A stretch of DNA of 64,000 bases from an uncultured Elusimicrobia bacterium (GCA_964600165.1 CAZRIP010000005.1:48-64047), one strand, 5' to 3'; shown: positions 46,758 through 56,144, counted from the first letter of the stretch. A program made the numbers and translations. The notes: generated by a model not told the origin, from the letters alone.

Positions 46758-47576
46758 AGCGGTGCCAGGCACTGAAGTGAATCGTTTGTTGAAAAGGAAG
46801 CGTGTCAGCGCGGCCGGCGGGAAAGAACGACGAGGCGGTTTGAGTCTTTCGTCAGGGTGAGGCCGTCGAGGGAGCCCCAGCGCCGGACCGGCCTGAGCCC
46901 GGCTTGCTTGAGTATCGTTGAAAGGCGGCGCCAATCGTACTGGCGAACCATGAGCATCGCGCGCGCGGGCGCTCGACCCTTACGGAGGATGGTCCATTCC
47001 GATTCGACTCGGGGGTCTCGTCCTTCGACGAGGCGGCTGTCCTCGAGAAGGTAGCTGCCGTCGCCGCGCCGCTGCCATTTCTTCGGCTGGAAGTGTCGGC
47101 GCAGCCAGGCCGCGTTCATGAGATCGATCAGAAATAGGCCTCCCGGTCGCAGCGCGTTGCGAACCTTGCGAAGCGTCCTCAGGTCGTCCCGCGGATCGGC
47201 GAAATAGCCGAAGCTCGTCCAAAGGTTGATGGCTGCGTCGAACTCGGCGTGGAACGGAAGATTGCGCATATCGCCGAGGCGGAAGGAGAGTCGAGGTCCG
47301 GCAAGGCGTTTCGCGGCGGCCAGGTATTCGGGAGTCGAATCGACGCCTAGAACTAAAGCGCCCTTGCGCGCGAGGGCGGCGCTGTGCCGTCCGGTCCCGC
47401 AACAAAGATCCAACACGCGCTGCCCGCGCCGCAGCCCGAGAGCGCGCCAAACGAAGGAAGCCTCTCGGGGAGCCGCCGCGATCGCCTCGGGCTGGCCGGG
47501 CGTGAATATTTCCTCTCGAAAGAATCGACGCCGCCAACTTTTCAATAAACGAGTCACTTTAGTGCCTGGCACCGCT
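46758..47576. mobile_element. putative transposase-less mobile insertion cassette: 36-bp terminal inverted repeats (33/36 identical) flanked by a 5-bp direct repeat TCAAC, carrying one SAM methyltransferase gene
   Basis: IR-L at 46758-46793 reads AGCGGTGCCAGGCACTGAAGTGAATCGTTTGTTGAA. The reverse complement of IR-R at 47541-47576 reads AGCGGTGCCAGGCACTAAAGTGACTCGTTTATTGAA. TCAAC sits at 46753-46757 and again at 47577-47581. Confidence 0.4.
46805..47572 (-). CDS. class I SAM-dependent methyltransferase (passenger of the IR-flanked cassette)
   Basis: SAM motif I VLDLCCGTGRHS and motif post-I LVLGVDS. The GTG start lies inside IR-R. Confidence 0.8.
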   Translation of the reverse strand: MPGTKVTRLLKSWRRRFFREEIFTPGQPEAIAAAPREASFVWRALGLRRGQRVLDLCCGTGRHSAALARKGALVLGVDSTPEYLAAAKRLAGPRLSFRLGDMRNLPFHAEFDAAINLWTSFGYFADPRDDLRTLRKVRNALRPGGLFLIDLMNAAWLRRHFQPKKWQRRGDGSYLLEDSRLVEGRDPRVESEWTILRKGRAPARAMLMVRQYDWRRLSTILKQAGLRPVRRWGSLDGLTLTKDSNRLVVLSRRPR

Positions 47577-47582
47577 TCAACA

Positions 47583-50500
47583 TCAGAACTGGAACGTGAG
47601 GGTGGTGCCGAATTGGTACGAGATGAAGTCTTCCTCCGGGAGGAACTTATGCCATTCGCGCGATAACGCGCCGTTGATCGTCATGCGCAGGTTCTTGGCC
47701 AGCTCGTAATCGGCGCTGGTGTTGAACGTGGCGAGCTTGAAGTTATCCGCCACCGTCACCGGCGAGGAGCGCAGCGCGAGGGACAGCGTCGTCGTCCAGA
47801 TGATCCGGTTCGAGAACAGGATCGTCTTGGTCGAGCCGGGCAGCAGCAGGCCGCGCGGCAGCGCGAGGTCGGCGCGGACGAGAACGCTGGGCGTGATGAC
47901 AGTGACGTTCTGCGAGTAGGTGCCGAAGCCGTCTTGGGTGGTGTCCTTCGAGTAGTCCACCTTGGGCGTGAAGCGGAACTTTTTTACGTCGAAGGTCGTT
48001 TGGACGGTCGCGTCTTGATGCCCGGTCGCTTGGGTGTTCGCGTCGACGAGCAGGTTCTTGTTGGTCGACGAGCGCTGGTTGAAGCTGATCAGGCTGTCGA
48101 AGCGCTTAAAAAGGATCGAGCGCAGGTCCGTGCCGAACGAGGAGTCGGTCAGGATCGACTGACCCTCGTTGTTCGTGCGGTGCGCGGAGTACTTGTAGTT
48201 CATCTGCGTGCTGTTCATCCACTTGAACGTGCCGAAGAGCTTCTCGAGCTGGCTGATGCTCGCGACGAGGTCCGGCAGCGTCGTGGAGACCGTGCGCGAT
48301 TGGGTGTCCGTCGCGTTCGTGCGTTGGATGCTTTCGACGAAGTTGTTCGAGATCGAGATCGTCTTGAGCGAGGCCCAACGCCCGCGCAGGTCGTACGCGT
48401 CGAGCGGCGACCAGCGCTGGGTCGAGTTGAACGTGTCGCGCAGGGTCTGCGTCTGCATTTGGGCCGCCGGCCCCTGCGCGTGGAGCGGCGTGCGGATCCA
48501 CAGCGCGCCCATCGTGTCGAGATCTTTTTCGACCTGATTCCAGACGTCGCCGTCTTGCAGCTGATAGCCGGAGACGATGTTGAGCGTGCGGAAGAGCTTC
48601 GTGCGCCTGGTGATCTCGCCGATGGTGATCGGCAGGCTGATCGAGCCGTTCGAGTTGCGGTTGACGGTCTTGATGTCGCCGACGTTGAAGACGTAGGTCG
48701 AGTTGCCGACCACGAAGGTCGAGATGTTGAGTATGTTGTTCTCTAGCACGTCGATCGAGTAGTTGACCTGGGGATTGAGCCAGGACAGCAGGCGATAGTT
48801 CGATGTAAAGCCTACGGTCTCGCTTTGGGACTTCGGATAGCGGCTGTCGAGCTCGACGCCCGAGGTGAGGTCGTTGCGGTGCTCGGTGACCTTGGTCAGC
48901 GAGTAGTTGGGATTGAAGGTCGAGCCGGTCCACGGGACGAAGGTCAGCCGCGCGCCGACGGTCTGCGTGAGCTCGTTGGTGTTGAAGTCGCCCGGCAACA
49001 GGCGCGACTCGAGCGAGTCGAAGGTGATGTCGTATTTCGAGTAGCTGTAGTTGAGGTCGACGGTCTTCGGCAGGTAGCGGCGCGTGATCGGGACGCCGTA
49101 CTGCAGCGTGCCCGAGTAGGTCTTGCGGTCGTCGGTCCGCGTGAGGAAATCGTAGTTGATCCGATTGCGCGCGTAGTTGAGGTTCAAGCGCGGATAGGCG
49201 CCCAGGCTGAAGTTGCCTTGGGCCGTGCCGGTGAAGTTGACGACCTTGCCCTGTTGGAGCAGGTTGACGCTGTTCGTGAGCCCGCCCGTCAGATTGGTGG
49301 CCGGCGTGTCGGTGACGATGCGCGAGACGTTGAAGGTCAGCGGGAAATACTGCAGCCTGGTGAAGTTGAGGAATCCCGTGTCTTGCTCGTTGTCCTGATT
49401 GAGCACCACGGAGGTCGGCGTCTGGAAGTTACGGTCGACGGAGCGGAATTTCCCGCCGAACGTGGCCCAGCCCGGCACCTCGAAAGTCGCCTCGAGCTTC
49501 TCGGCGTTGCCGACGCGCGGGAGCGGCTGGGCGACGTGGATCTCGTTGAGGTAGACGATGCCCGCGCTCTGGTTGTCGCCGGTGATGCTGTTGCCGTTGC
49601 CGCCGGACGTCGTGTCGGTCGTCTTGCGGACGCCGGCCACGATCTCGGAGACTTGCTGAAGGCTCGGCGTGCCTGAGCTGATGATCGTGGTGCCGGGCGT
49701 GCTGGCCTGCCAGGTATCGGCGACGGCGTTGTGTCCCGAGTCGTTCTGGTAGACCCTGATCTCGCGCCAGCCGACGTAGTTCAGCGGGACGTCGACCTCC
49801 CAGAAGTTGGTGTCGTTGCCGACGCGCAGGAAGAACGTGTGGTCCGTGCAGTTGATCGCGCCGTTGCTCCCGTTGGCGGGCGAGCACGTCGCGCCTTGAC
49901 TATTAGGCGCGTTGGAATAGAGCAGGAAGTTGAAATAGCGGTGCTGGCTGATGTCGATCGCCGTCGTGTATTGCCGCTTGGTCGTCACGACGGCCCCGAC
50001 GCCGTTGACGATCGTCATGCTGGAGAACGCGAGCTCGAGGGCCTGCTCCGAGACGTTCGTGGTGTTCGACTGCTTCTGGAGGTTGCTCAGGCTGCCGTAG
50101 AGGTCGTTGAAGACCTGCGTCGCGTCGCCGCCGGCGTTGTAGATCGGGGTGTAGGTCGGGTTGTCGACGTTGTTGATCGGCGTGACGGTCAGGTTCTCGG
50201 GGCCGACGGGGTTATTGTTGAGAGCCGGGTCGATGGGCTGGCCGTTGAGCCACGTGTTGCCGACCACCGAGATGTTGGCGAATTTGAGCTGTCCGGCGAC
50301 CGGGCTTCCCGCGTGGTGTCGTACGGAGACGCGCAGCTGCTTGATGTTCGTCCAGCGGCTGAGCGTCGCCGTCGAGATGGCGAGCGGGATCTGGAACGTG
50401 TACCAGTTCGTGCCGCCGCCGAAGTCGATGACGGTGTGGACCTTCTGGTCGGTGGTGGCGAAGAGCTGCGTGCTCGTCGGGTTGAAGCCGGTGATGTCGC

Positions 50501-53384
50501 CCGCGTAGCCGAAGTTGTTGCCGTTGCCGTCGTCTTGGTCGAGGCGCGCGTTGACGTTGAGATCCTCGCTGTCGAGGCGGCCGTTGTTGGCGCCGAAGAC
50601 CGTCGAGGGCGTCAGGGAGCCAGCCGGGTTGGTGTAGGTCCAGCCGACGTCCTTGGCCGGCGACAAGATGCCGGTGCAGTCCGTGTCCTCGGTCTTCGGG
50701 ACGTTGTTGACCGTGACGCCGTTGGCGCAGGTCAGCGTCGTGCCGCCCGTCGCGTCCGCGTCCTCGGAGATGCCTCCCAGGCGGAAGTTGATGTCGTTGC
50801 CGGAGACGTCGCCGAGCATCGTGATCTGTAGGATCGTGCGCTGCGAGAAGTCGTTGCCGGCTGACGAGAACGGGAAGACGATCGACTGCTCCTGCGAGGC
50901 CGCGTTCGAGAAGTCGTAGTTGAAGTCGAGCACCTGCTGCGGCTGGTTGTTCGTCGCGGGGGCGCTCGGGTTGATCTGCAAGGCCGGCACGTTCTCGCTC
51001 GTCCACTGCATGCGGGAGGAGTCGCTCGGATCTTGGCTGCCGGTGAACGACGTGCAGGGCGTGGCGGCGGAGCAGCCGGCGCCGCCGGGGTTCGAGGCGA
51101 TGAACCACGCGGAGGCCAAAGTCGAGGCGCCGTCCGACTGCTTGATCCCCTCCATGTTGTCGACGATGGCGAAGGCGTTGAGGTTCAAGTCTTGGCGGCT
51201 CTGGGCGAACTCCCCGCCGAGGAGCTTGACCTTGAACTTCTTGCCGATCTGGAAGTCCTGCCCGTGGGCGTCGAAGTCGTAGACGAGCAGGCTGCGGGAG
51301 AGCTCGGTGATCGAGGGCGTCGTCTGGGACTTGATCCCCGACTCATAAAGCAGGGTCGAGCCCACCTCGTAGTGCTTGCCCCATTCGTAGGACACGCGGG
51401 TGCCGAGCAGCGAGTCGTTGGTCGTCGCGCCGGCGAAGGGCGCCACCTCGTAGCTGATGTCGATCTCGGAGTTCGCGCGGATGCGGTCCTGGTTGAAGAA
51501 CGTCACGAAGCCGGCGTCGTAGTCGATGAAGTAGTCGACGTTGCGGTTGAGCTTGACGTTGTCGAGCAGCACGATCTCCGATTGAGGCACGAGGTTCGGC
51601 TCGAGGAAGAAGGTCTTGAAGCGGTAGTTGTACTCGACGTGGATGATCCGATTGGGGATCGGCGTCGGCGCGTAGATGTTCGGGTCGGGCGTCGAGGGCG
51701 AGCTGTTCGAGACCGAGAACGGCACCAGCAGGTTGAAAAGGCCGTTGGCGAAGTCGACGTTGATCGTGTCCGGATACTTCTGGATCGGGTTCAAGCCCGA
51801 GCCGACCTCGTTGCGGTTCTGGTCCAAGACCTTCAGGATGAAGTTGCCCCGGCCGTTGTCGCCCACGATCTGGGTCTGGCCGATGCTGTAGAAGGTCTTG
51901 AGCTCGCGGTTGTAGCCCACTTCGTCGAGCGTGCAGCTCGAGCACTCGATCGGCTGGTCGCCCGCCGTCTTGATCAGCTTGAAATTGCCGGTGCCGCCGC
52001 CGATGGTCGTCATCGAGGAAGTCTCGACGTCGACGTGCTGATTGGAATTGTCGATGTAGTCGACGGCGACGACGAACTGCGGCTGGAGCTGGTTGCGGAA
52101 GGTGATGATGCCGCGCACGTAGTCGATCGTGTAGTCGAGGCCCGCCTGCATCTGAGCGAACGTGCCCGTGAAGGTCGAGGTGTGCAGCTGCAGGTCGTCG
52201 GCCGTCAGCGCCACGTTGTTCGTGTTGACCAAGCCGGGCTGATTCTGCGAGAGGAAGACGCGCTCGCTGCCGACCTTGATCGGCAGGCGGCTCGGGTTGC
52301 CGAACGTCAGATCGTAATAAGTGCGGCGGACGTAGGACGTGTCCTGAAGGTCGATGGAGGCGAACTGCTGGTTGCCGAAGAACTGCTTCGACTTCGTCGT
52401 GCCCTTGGTGCGGCTGCCGATGAAGCTGCCCTTGAAGCCCTTGTACTTGATGTCGGCGCGGATGCCGAAGAGCTGCTTGTTGTACGAGACGAACTCGGTG
52501 GCGGGCAATGAGAGGTCGATGTCGCCGAAGCTGACGTTTTGGACGACCTCGTTGGGATCTCCGGTGTAGACGACGGAGATGTCCTGGTGGTTCTGCTTCG
52601 TGTCGTCGTAGTCGACGTTGACCGTGATCTTCGGGCCGACTTTGCCCTGCATGCGCAGCTGGAGCTGCTGGGTGATGTCGATGAGGTTGGTCGTCTGCGG
52701 GCGGCCGGAGGTGACCTGCGGGTTGAGGAACTTCTTCTCGGAGTAGGTCACGCCGAGGACCTTGCGGCCGGTCACCGAGAGGCTCGTGCCGTAGGTCGGC
52801 AGCTCGACTTCGGGCGGCGGCGGCTTGGGCGCCGTAGTCGAGGAGATCGAGACCGCCTCGCCGAGGAGGATCGGGATGATCTCGTTCTCGTTGGGCTCGC
52901 GGCCCTCGTCGACGTCGGTCTTCGCGTGCTCGTATTTGTCGAGCGTGTAGTGGAACTCTTGGGTCGACTCGGCGATCTCCCAGTCCAGGAACTCCGGGGT
53001 CTCGGAGGAGACGCCCGCGGCCACCTCGGTCGACTCCTGCTGCTCGAAGATGTGGTCCTTGTCCGTCCGGTCGAGAAGCAGGAACTTGCCCGAGTACGAC
53101 GGCATCAAGATCGGCACCGGCGGCTCGCTGGGCAGATTCTCCGGCGCGGCCGAAGGCTGGCTGGAAGGCTCCTCGGGCTGGGTCGATTCCTGCGGCGCCG
53201 GCGCGGGGGCCTCGGGCGCCTCGGGGGCCGGCTTTTGCGGGGTCTTCGACGGCTCCTGTTGGGGGGCGAAATCCGGGTCGTACGGCGTGGAAAATTGGGC
53301 GTAAGCCGGCACGTTCGCGGGCGCGAGCGTAACTAATAGTGCCAGCCAGAGACAAAACCGCCGATGGGCGCGCTGTAGATTCAA
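47583..53384 (-). CDS. giant (1933 aa) secreted protein, predicted outer-membrane beta-barrel (possibly SprA-like)
   Basis: TTG start. Signal peptide LWLALLVTLAPANVPAYA. Pro/Glu-rich linker. About 1700 aa rich in N/T/S/G/Q/Y with alternating hydrophobic patterns. The C-terminus TLTFQF ends in Phe. Confidence 0.75.
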   Translation of the reverse strand: MNLQRAHRRFCLWLALLVTLAPANVPAYAQFSTPYDPDFAPQQEPSKTPQKPAPEAPEAPAPAPQESTQPEEPSSQPSAAPENLPSEPPVPILMPSYSGKFLLLDRTDKDHIFEQQESTEVAAGVSSETPEFLDWEIAESTQEFHYTLDKYEHAKTDVDEGREPNENEIIPILLGEAVSISSTTAPKPPPPEVELPTYGTSLSVTGRKVLGVTYSEKKFLNPQVTSGRPQTTNLIDITQQLQLRMQGKVGPKITVNVDYDDTKQNHQDISVVYTGDPNEVVQNVSFGDIDLSLPATEFVSYNKQLFGIRADIKYKGFKGSFIGSRTKGTTKSKQFFGNQQFASIDLQDTSYVRRTYYDLTFGNPSRLPIKVGSERVFLSQNQPGLVNTNNVALTADDLQLHTSTFTGTFAQMQAGLDYTIDYVRGIITFRNQLQPQFVVAVDYIDNSNQHVDVETSSMTTIGGGTGNFKLIKTAGDQPIECSSCTLDEVGYNRELKTFYSIGQTQIVGDNGRGNFILKVLDQNRNEVGSGLNPIQKYPDTINVDFANGLFNLLVPFSVSNSSPSTPDPNIYAPTPIPNRIIHVEYNYRFKTFFLEPNLVPQSEIVLLDNVKLNRNVDYFIDYDAGFVTFFNQDRIRANSEIDISYEVAPFAGATTNDSLLGTRVSYEWGKHYEVGSTLLYESGIKSQTTPSITELSRSLLVYDFDAHGQDFQIGKKFKVKLLGGEFAQSRQDLNLNAFAIVDNMEGIKQSDGASTLASAWFIASNPGGAGCSAATPCTSFTGSQDPSDSSRMQWTSENVPALQINPSAPATNNQPQQVLDFNYDFSNAASQEQSIVFPFSSAGNDFSQRTILQITMLGDVSGNDINFRLGGISEDADATGGTTLTCANGVTVNNVPKTEDTDCTGILSPAKDVGWTYTNPAGSLTPSTVFGANNGRLDSEDLNVNARLDQDDGNGNNFGYAGDITGFNPTSTQLFATTDQKVHTVIDFGGGTNWYTFQIPLAISTATLSRWTNIKQLRVSVRHHAGSPVAGQLKFANISVVGNTWLNGQPIDPALNNNPVGPENLTVTPINNVDNPTYTPIYNAGGDATQVFNDLYGSLSNLQKQSNTTNVSEQALELAFSSMTIVNGVGAVVTTKRQYTTAIDISQHRYFNFLLYSNAPNSQGATCSPANGSNGAINCTDHTFFLRVGNDTNFWEVDVPLNYVGWREIRVYQNDSGHNAVADTWQASTPGTTIISSGTPSLQQVSEIVAGVRKTTDTTSGGNGNSITGDNQSAGIVYLNEIHVAQPLPRVGNAEKLEATFEVPGWATFGGKFRSVDRNFQTPTSVVLNQDNEQDTGFLNFTRLQYFPLTFNVSRIVTDTPATNLTGGLTNSVNLLQQGKVVNFTGTAQGNFSLGAYPRLNLNYARNRINYDFLTRTDDRKTYSGTLQYGVPITRRYLPKTVDLNYSYSKYDITFDSLESRLLPGDFNTNELTQTVGARLTFVPWTGSTFNPNYSLTKVTEHRNDLTSGVELDSRYPKSQSETVGFTSNYRLLSWLNPQVNYSIDVLENNILNISTFVVGNSTYVFNVGDIKTVNRNSNGSISLPITIGEITRRTKLFRTLNIVSGYQLQDGDVWNQVEKDLDTMGALWIRTPLHAQGPAAQMQTQTLRDTFNSTQRWSPLDAYDLRGRWASLKTISISNNFVESIQRTNATDTQSRTVSTTLPDLVASISQLEKLFGTFKWMNSTQMNYKYSAHRTNNEGQSILTDSSFGTDLRSILFKRFDSLISFNQRSSTNKNLLVDANTQATGHQDATVQTTFDVKKFRFTPKVDYSKDTTQDGFGTYSQNVTVITPSVLVRADLALPRGLLLPGSTKTILFSNRIIWTTTLSLALRSSPVTVADNFKLATFNTSADYELAKNLRMTINGALSREWHKFLPEEDFISYQFGTTLTFQF

Positions 53385-53467
53385 GCTGTCGTCGGTACTT
53401 CGCGCCCCCGGCGAGGCGCTTCGGCGGGCAGTTTAACAGGGGGGTATTACCCTGTCAAGACTTTGGA

Positions 53468-53538
53468 GCTCTATTAGTTAACGAATCCTTAATAGCGAAA
53501 GGCGGCCGCGCTATTAGGCAACGTTATTCTTAATAGCG
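53468..53538. repeat. two tandem AT-rich hairpin repeats (CTATTAG-N13/14-CTTAATAGCG) between the GT4 stop and the giant-OMP gene start
   Basis: Repeat 1 at 53471-53497 and repeat 2 at 53511-53538, each an imperfect palindrome with a 6-8 bp stem. A TTGACA hexamer (minus-strand orientation) lies at about 53453-53458. Confidence 0.45.
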
Positions 53539-54651
53539 TCACAGGGAGAGCGCGTCGTAGGCGTTCTGGTAGGACTCGATCATGCGCAGCAGCCCGAAGC
53601 GCTCGGCGACGGCCTTTTGGGCCGCGGCGCCCAGGCGCGCGCGCAGCGCGGCGTCGCCGGCGAGAGTCGCCAGAGCCTGGGCGAGCGCGGCCGAGTCTTT
53701 CGGCGGCACGAGCAGGCCGCTTTTCCCGTCGTCGACGACCTCGGGCACGCCGTCGACGTCGGAAGCGACGGGCGGCACGCCCAAGGCCATCGCCTCGAGC
53801 AGCGCGTTCGGCAGCCCTTCCCAAAACGAAGGCAGCGCGAAGACGTCGAAAGCCGAGAGCCAGGAGATCACGTCGTCGCGCTCGCCGAGCAGCCGGACGT
53901 GGTCTTGAAGGCCCCGGCGCCGGACTTGCGCCTCGAGCGCGGCGCGGCGCGGGCCGCCGCCGATGATCGCGCAGCGCGCCGGCAGGCGGCCCTTGATCTT
54001 GGCCATCGCGTCGATGAGCGTGCCGTGGCCTTTCTGGGCGTCCAGGCGCCCGACGCAGCCGATCAGCGCGTCGCCCGGCGCCAGCTTCAGCTCGAGGCGC
54101 TTCTGCGCGCGGTCAGCCTTCGAGACCGGCCAGTTCGCGACGTCGACGCCGTTGTAGATCGTGATGACTTTGTCCGGGGCGTAGCCCAGGCGCTTCAAGA
54201 GATAGCCGCGGCTCGCCTCGCACTCGGCGATCAGGAGGTCGTCGGCCGACTTGAGCGCGCGGTCGACGAAGAGGGTCAAGACCGAGCGCGTGCGGTAGCT
54301 CACGCGCGGCGAGCTCACGAGCTTGAATTTGACCCGGCAGCGGCGCTTGGCCAGGCGCGCGAGCTGGATCGCCTGGTACATGACGGCGTGGACGATGTCC
54401 GGCTTCCGGCTGTCGATGATCCGGGCGAGCGCGTCGACGTGCTTGAGCGTCGGTCGTCCCTTGAGCTCGAGGCTCTCTACCTTGAAGCCGGCCTGGGTCA
54501 GCTTGTGGGCGTAATGACCCGCCGGCTTGAGGCTGACGACGTCGCAGACCTCGAAGCGCTTGGGGTCGAGGAGCGTCGCCAGCGAGTACAGCGTCTTCTC
54601 GGCGCCCCCGAGCGTCGTCGAGGTGCCGACGAAGAGGACGCGGGTCAGTAC
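53539..54651 (-). CDS. family 4 glycosyltransferase (start codon unresolved)
   Basis: GT-B motifs EGLPNALLEAMALGVPPVASDVDGVPEVV (EX7E). The N-terminus LTRVLFVGTSTTLGGAEK has no in-frame ATG/GTG/TTG after the upstream stop; a possible CTG at the CTGA overlap is noted. Confidence 0.75.
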   Translation of the reverse strand, partial: VLTRVLFVGTSTTLGGAEKTLYSLATLLDPKRFEVCDVVSLKPAGHYAHKLTQAGFKVESLELKGRPTLKHVDALARIIDSRKPDIVHAVMYQAIQLARLAKRRCRVKFKLVSSPRVSYRTRSVLTLFVDRALKSADDLLIAECEASRGYLLKRLGYAPDKVITIYNGVDVANWPVSKADRAQKRLELKLAPGDALIGCVGRLDAQKGHGTLIDAMAKIKGRLPARCAIIGGGPRRAALEAQVRRRGLQDHVRLLGERDDVISWLSAFDVFALPSFWEGLPNALLEAMALGVPPVASDVDGVPEVVDDGKSGLLVPPKDSAALAQALATLAGDAALRARLGAAAQKAVAERFGLLRMIESYQNAYDALSL

Positions 54652-56144
54652 GCCCCCCGCGCCGACACCATGGCCGGGACGGTTTTCAGGATGATCTCGA
54701 GGTCGAGGCCGAGCGACCAATGCTCGATGTAGAAGAGATCGAGCGAGAAGCGCTGCTCGCTCGAGACGTCCGAGCGGCCCGAGACCTGCCAGAGCCCGGT
54801 GATGCCGGGCAGGATGTTCATGCGCTTCTTGGCCGTCGCGCCGAACTCCTTTTCGAGCGCCTCGAGCTCGCCCGTGGTCAGAGCGAGCGGGCGCGGGCCG
54901 ACGACGCTCATCTCGCCGCGGATCACGTTCAAAAACTGCGGGAACTCGTCGAGCGAGAAGCGCCGCAGCCATTTGCCGACGCGGGTCACGCGCGGGTCGC
55001 TCTTGGCCTTGAAGAACGCTCCTTTCTGGTCGTTCAAGCCCTGCACGGCGGAGATCTTCGACTCGGCGTTGGCGACCATCGTGCGGAACTTGAAAGCCTC
55101 GAAGACCTTGCCGCGCAGGCCGTAGCGCTTCTGCTTGTAGAGCACGGGCCCGTCGCTGTCGAGCTTGATGAGCGCCGCGACGATCAGAAACGGAATACCC
55201 GTTACCGCCAGCACCAGTCCCGCGAAGGCGAGGTCGAAAATCCTTTTCGCCAGAAAGTTCGTGCGCGTCATGGACGTGTGCTGGATCCGGTAGGCGGGCA
55301 GCCCCAGGCTGCGGTCCATCTGGACCTCGCCTAGGCGGATCTCGAGAAGGTCCGGCACCATCTTGAAGCCGACGCCTGCGGCGTCGCAGACCTCGGCCGC
55401 GGCGAGGATCCGCTCGTGGCCGAGCGACGAGCGCAAGAGGATCATCTCGAAGTAGCGGCGCTCGGAGAACGCGCGCTCGAGCTCATGGGGCGCCGGCAGC
55501 TCCGCGAACTCGCGGATGAAGGCGCCGGGGTGCCGAACGCTGATGCGCTGCTTGATCTCGTCGGCGACGGCTCCGGTCCCGACGATAACGACCGGCAGCG
55601 CGGCCTCGAGAGTCGAGAGGAAAGAGTCGACCGCCAAGACGAACGCCTGGCTCACGCAGAGGAACGCGCAGCCCAGCGGCATCGCCAGGACGAGCATCAT
55701 GCGCGAGTATTCGAGGCGAGAGTAAACATAGGCCGCGAGCAGCGCCGCTCCCGCGCCCATGATCGAGCCCTTGACGATCTGCAAGAAGCGGTCGGCCGCG
55801 CCCATCCACGGATCGCTGTAGAGGCGGCACGAGTACCAGAAGATGCCGAGCCAGAGGGGCACGATGGCGTAGAGCAGCTTGTGGTAGAGCTCCCAACTCG
55901 GGACGTTGCCGACGATGGGGAACCGAACGATCACCGCGTCCAAGCCGAAGCGCAGCAGGTACGCGGCGTAGTAGGCGAGCGCCACGGCGGCGGCGTCGAG
56001 CGTCAAGTGAAGCGTCGTGCGCAGCGCGTGGCGCAGCCACGGGGGCAGCGCTCCGGCCGTGGCGGGGACGAGCCGGGGAGCCGACGGCGCGGCCTTGGCC
56101 TGGATGCGGTGGCCCATGAGGCCGATTATATCAATTTGGCCCAA
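54645..56144 (-). CDS. polyprenyl-phosphate hexose-1-phosphate transferase (WbaP/WcaJ-like initiating sugar transferase)
   Basis: Five TM helices and a C-terminal bacterial sugar transferase domain, KFRTM...DEFPQFLNVIRGEMSVVGPRP. Confidence 0.85.
   Translation of the reverse strand: MGQIDIIGLMGHRIQAKAAPSAPRLVPATAGALPPWLRHALRTTLHLTLDAAAVALAYYAAYLLRFGLDAVIVRFPIVGNVPSWELYHKLLYAIVPLWLGIFWYSCRLYSDPWMGAADRFLQIVKGSIMGAGAALLAAYVYSRLEYSRMMLVLAMPLGCAFLCVSQAFVLAVDSFLSTLEAALPVVIVGTGAVADEIKQRISVRHPGAFIREFAELPAPHELERAFSERRYFEMILLRSSLGHERILAAAEVCDAAGVGFKMVPDLLEIRLGEVQMDRSLGLPAYRIQHTSMTRTNFLAKRIFDLAFAGLVLAVTGIPFLIVAALIKLDSDGPVLYKQKRYGLRGKVFEAFKFRTMVANAESKISAVQGLNDQKGAFFKAKSDPRVTRVGKWLRRFSLDEFPQFLNVIRGEMSVVGPRPLALTTGELEALEKEFGATAKKRMNILPGITGLWQVSGRSDVSSEQRFSLDLFYIEHWSLGLDLEIILKTVPAMVSARGAY

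Noticed and set aside
46758-47576. Assignment of the inverted-repeat cassette to the Tn3 family on the basis of 36-38 bp TIRs and a 5-bp TSD.
   Set aside because: The TIRs do not start with the GGGG of Tn3-family ends, and no transposase or resolvase is present. They are kept only as a family-unassigned MIC/MITE-like element.
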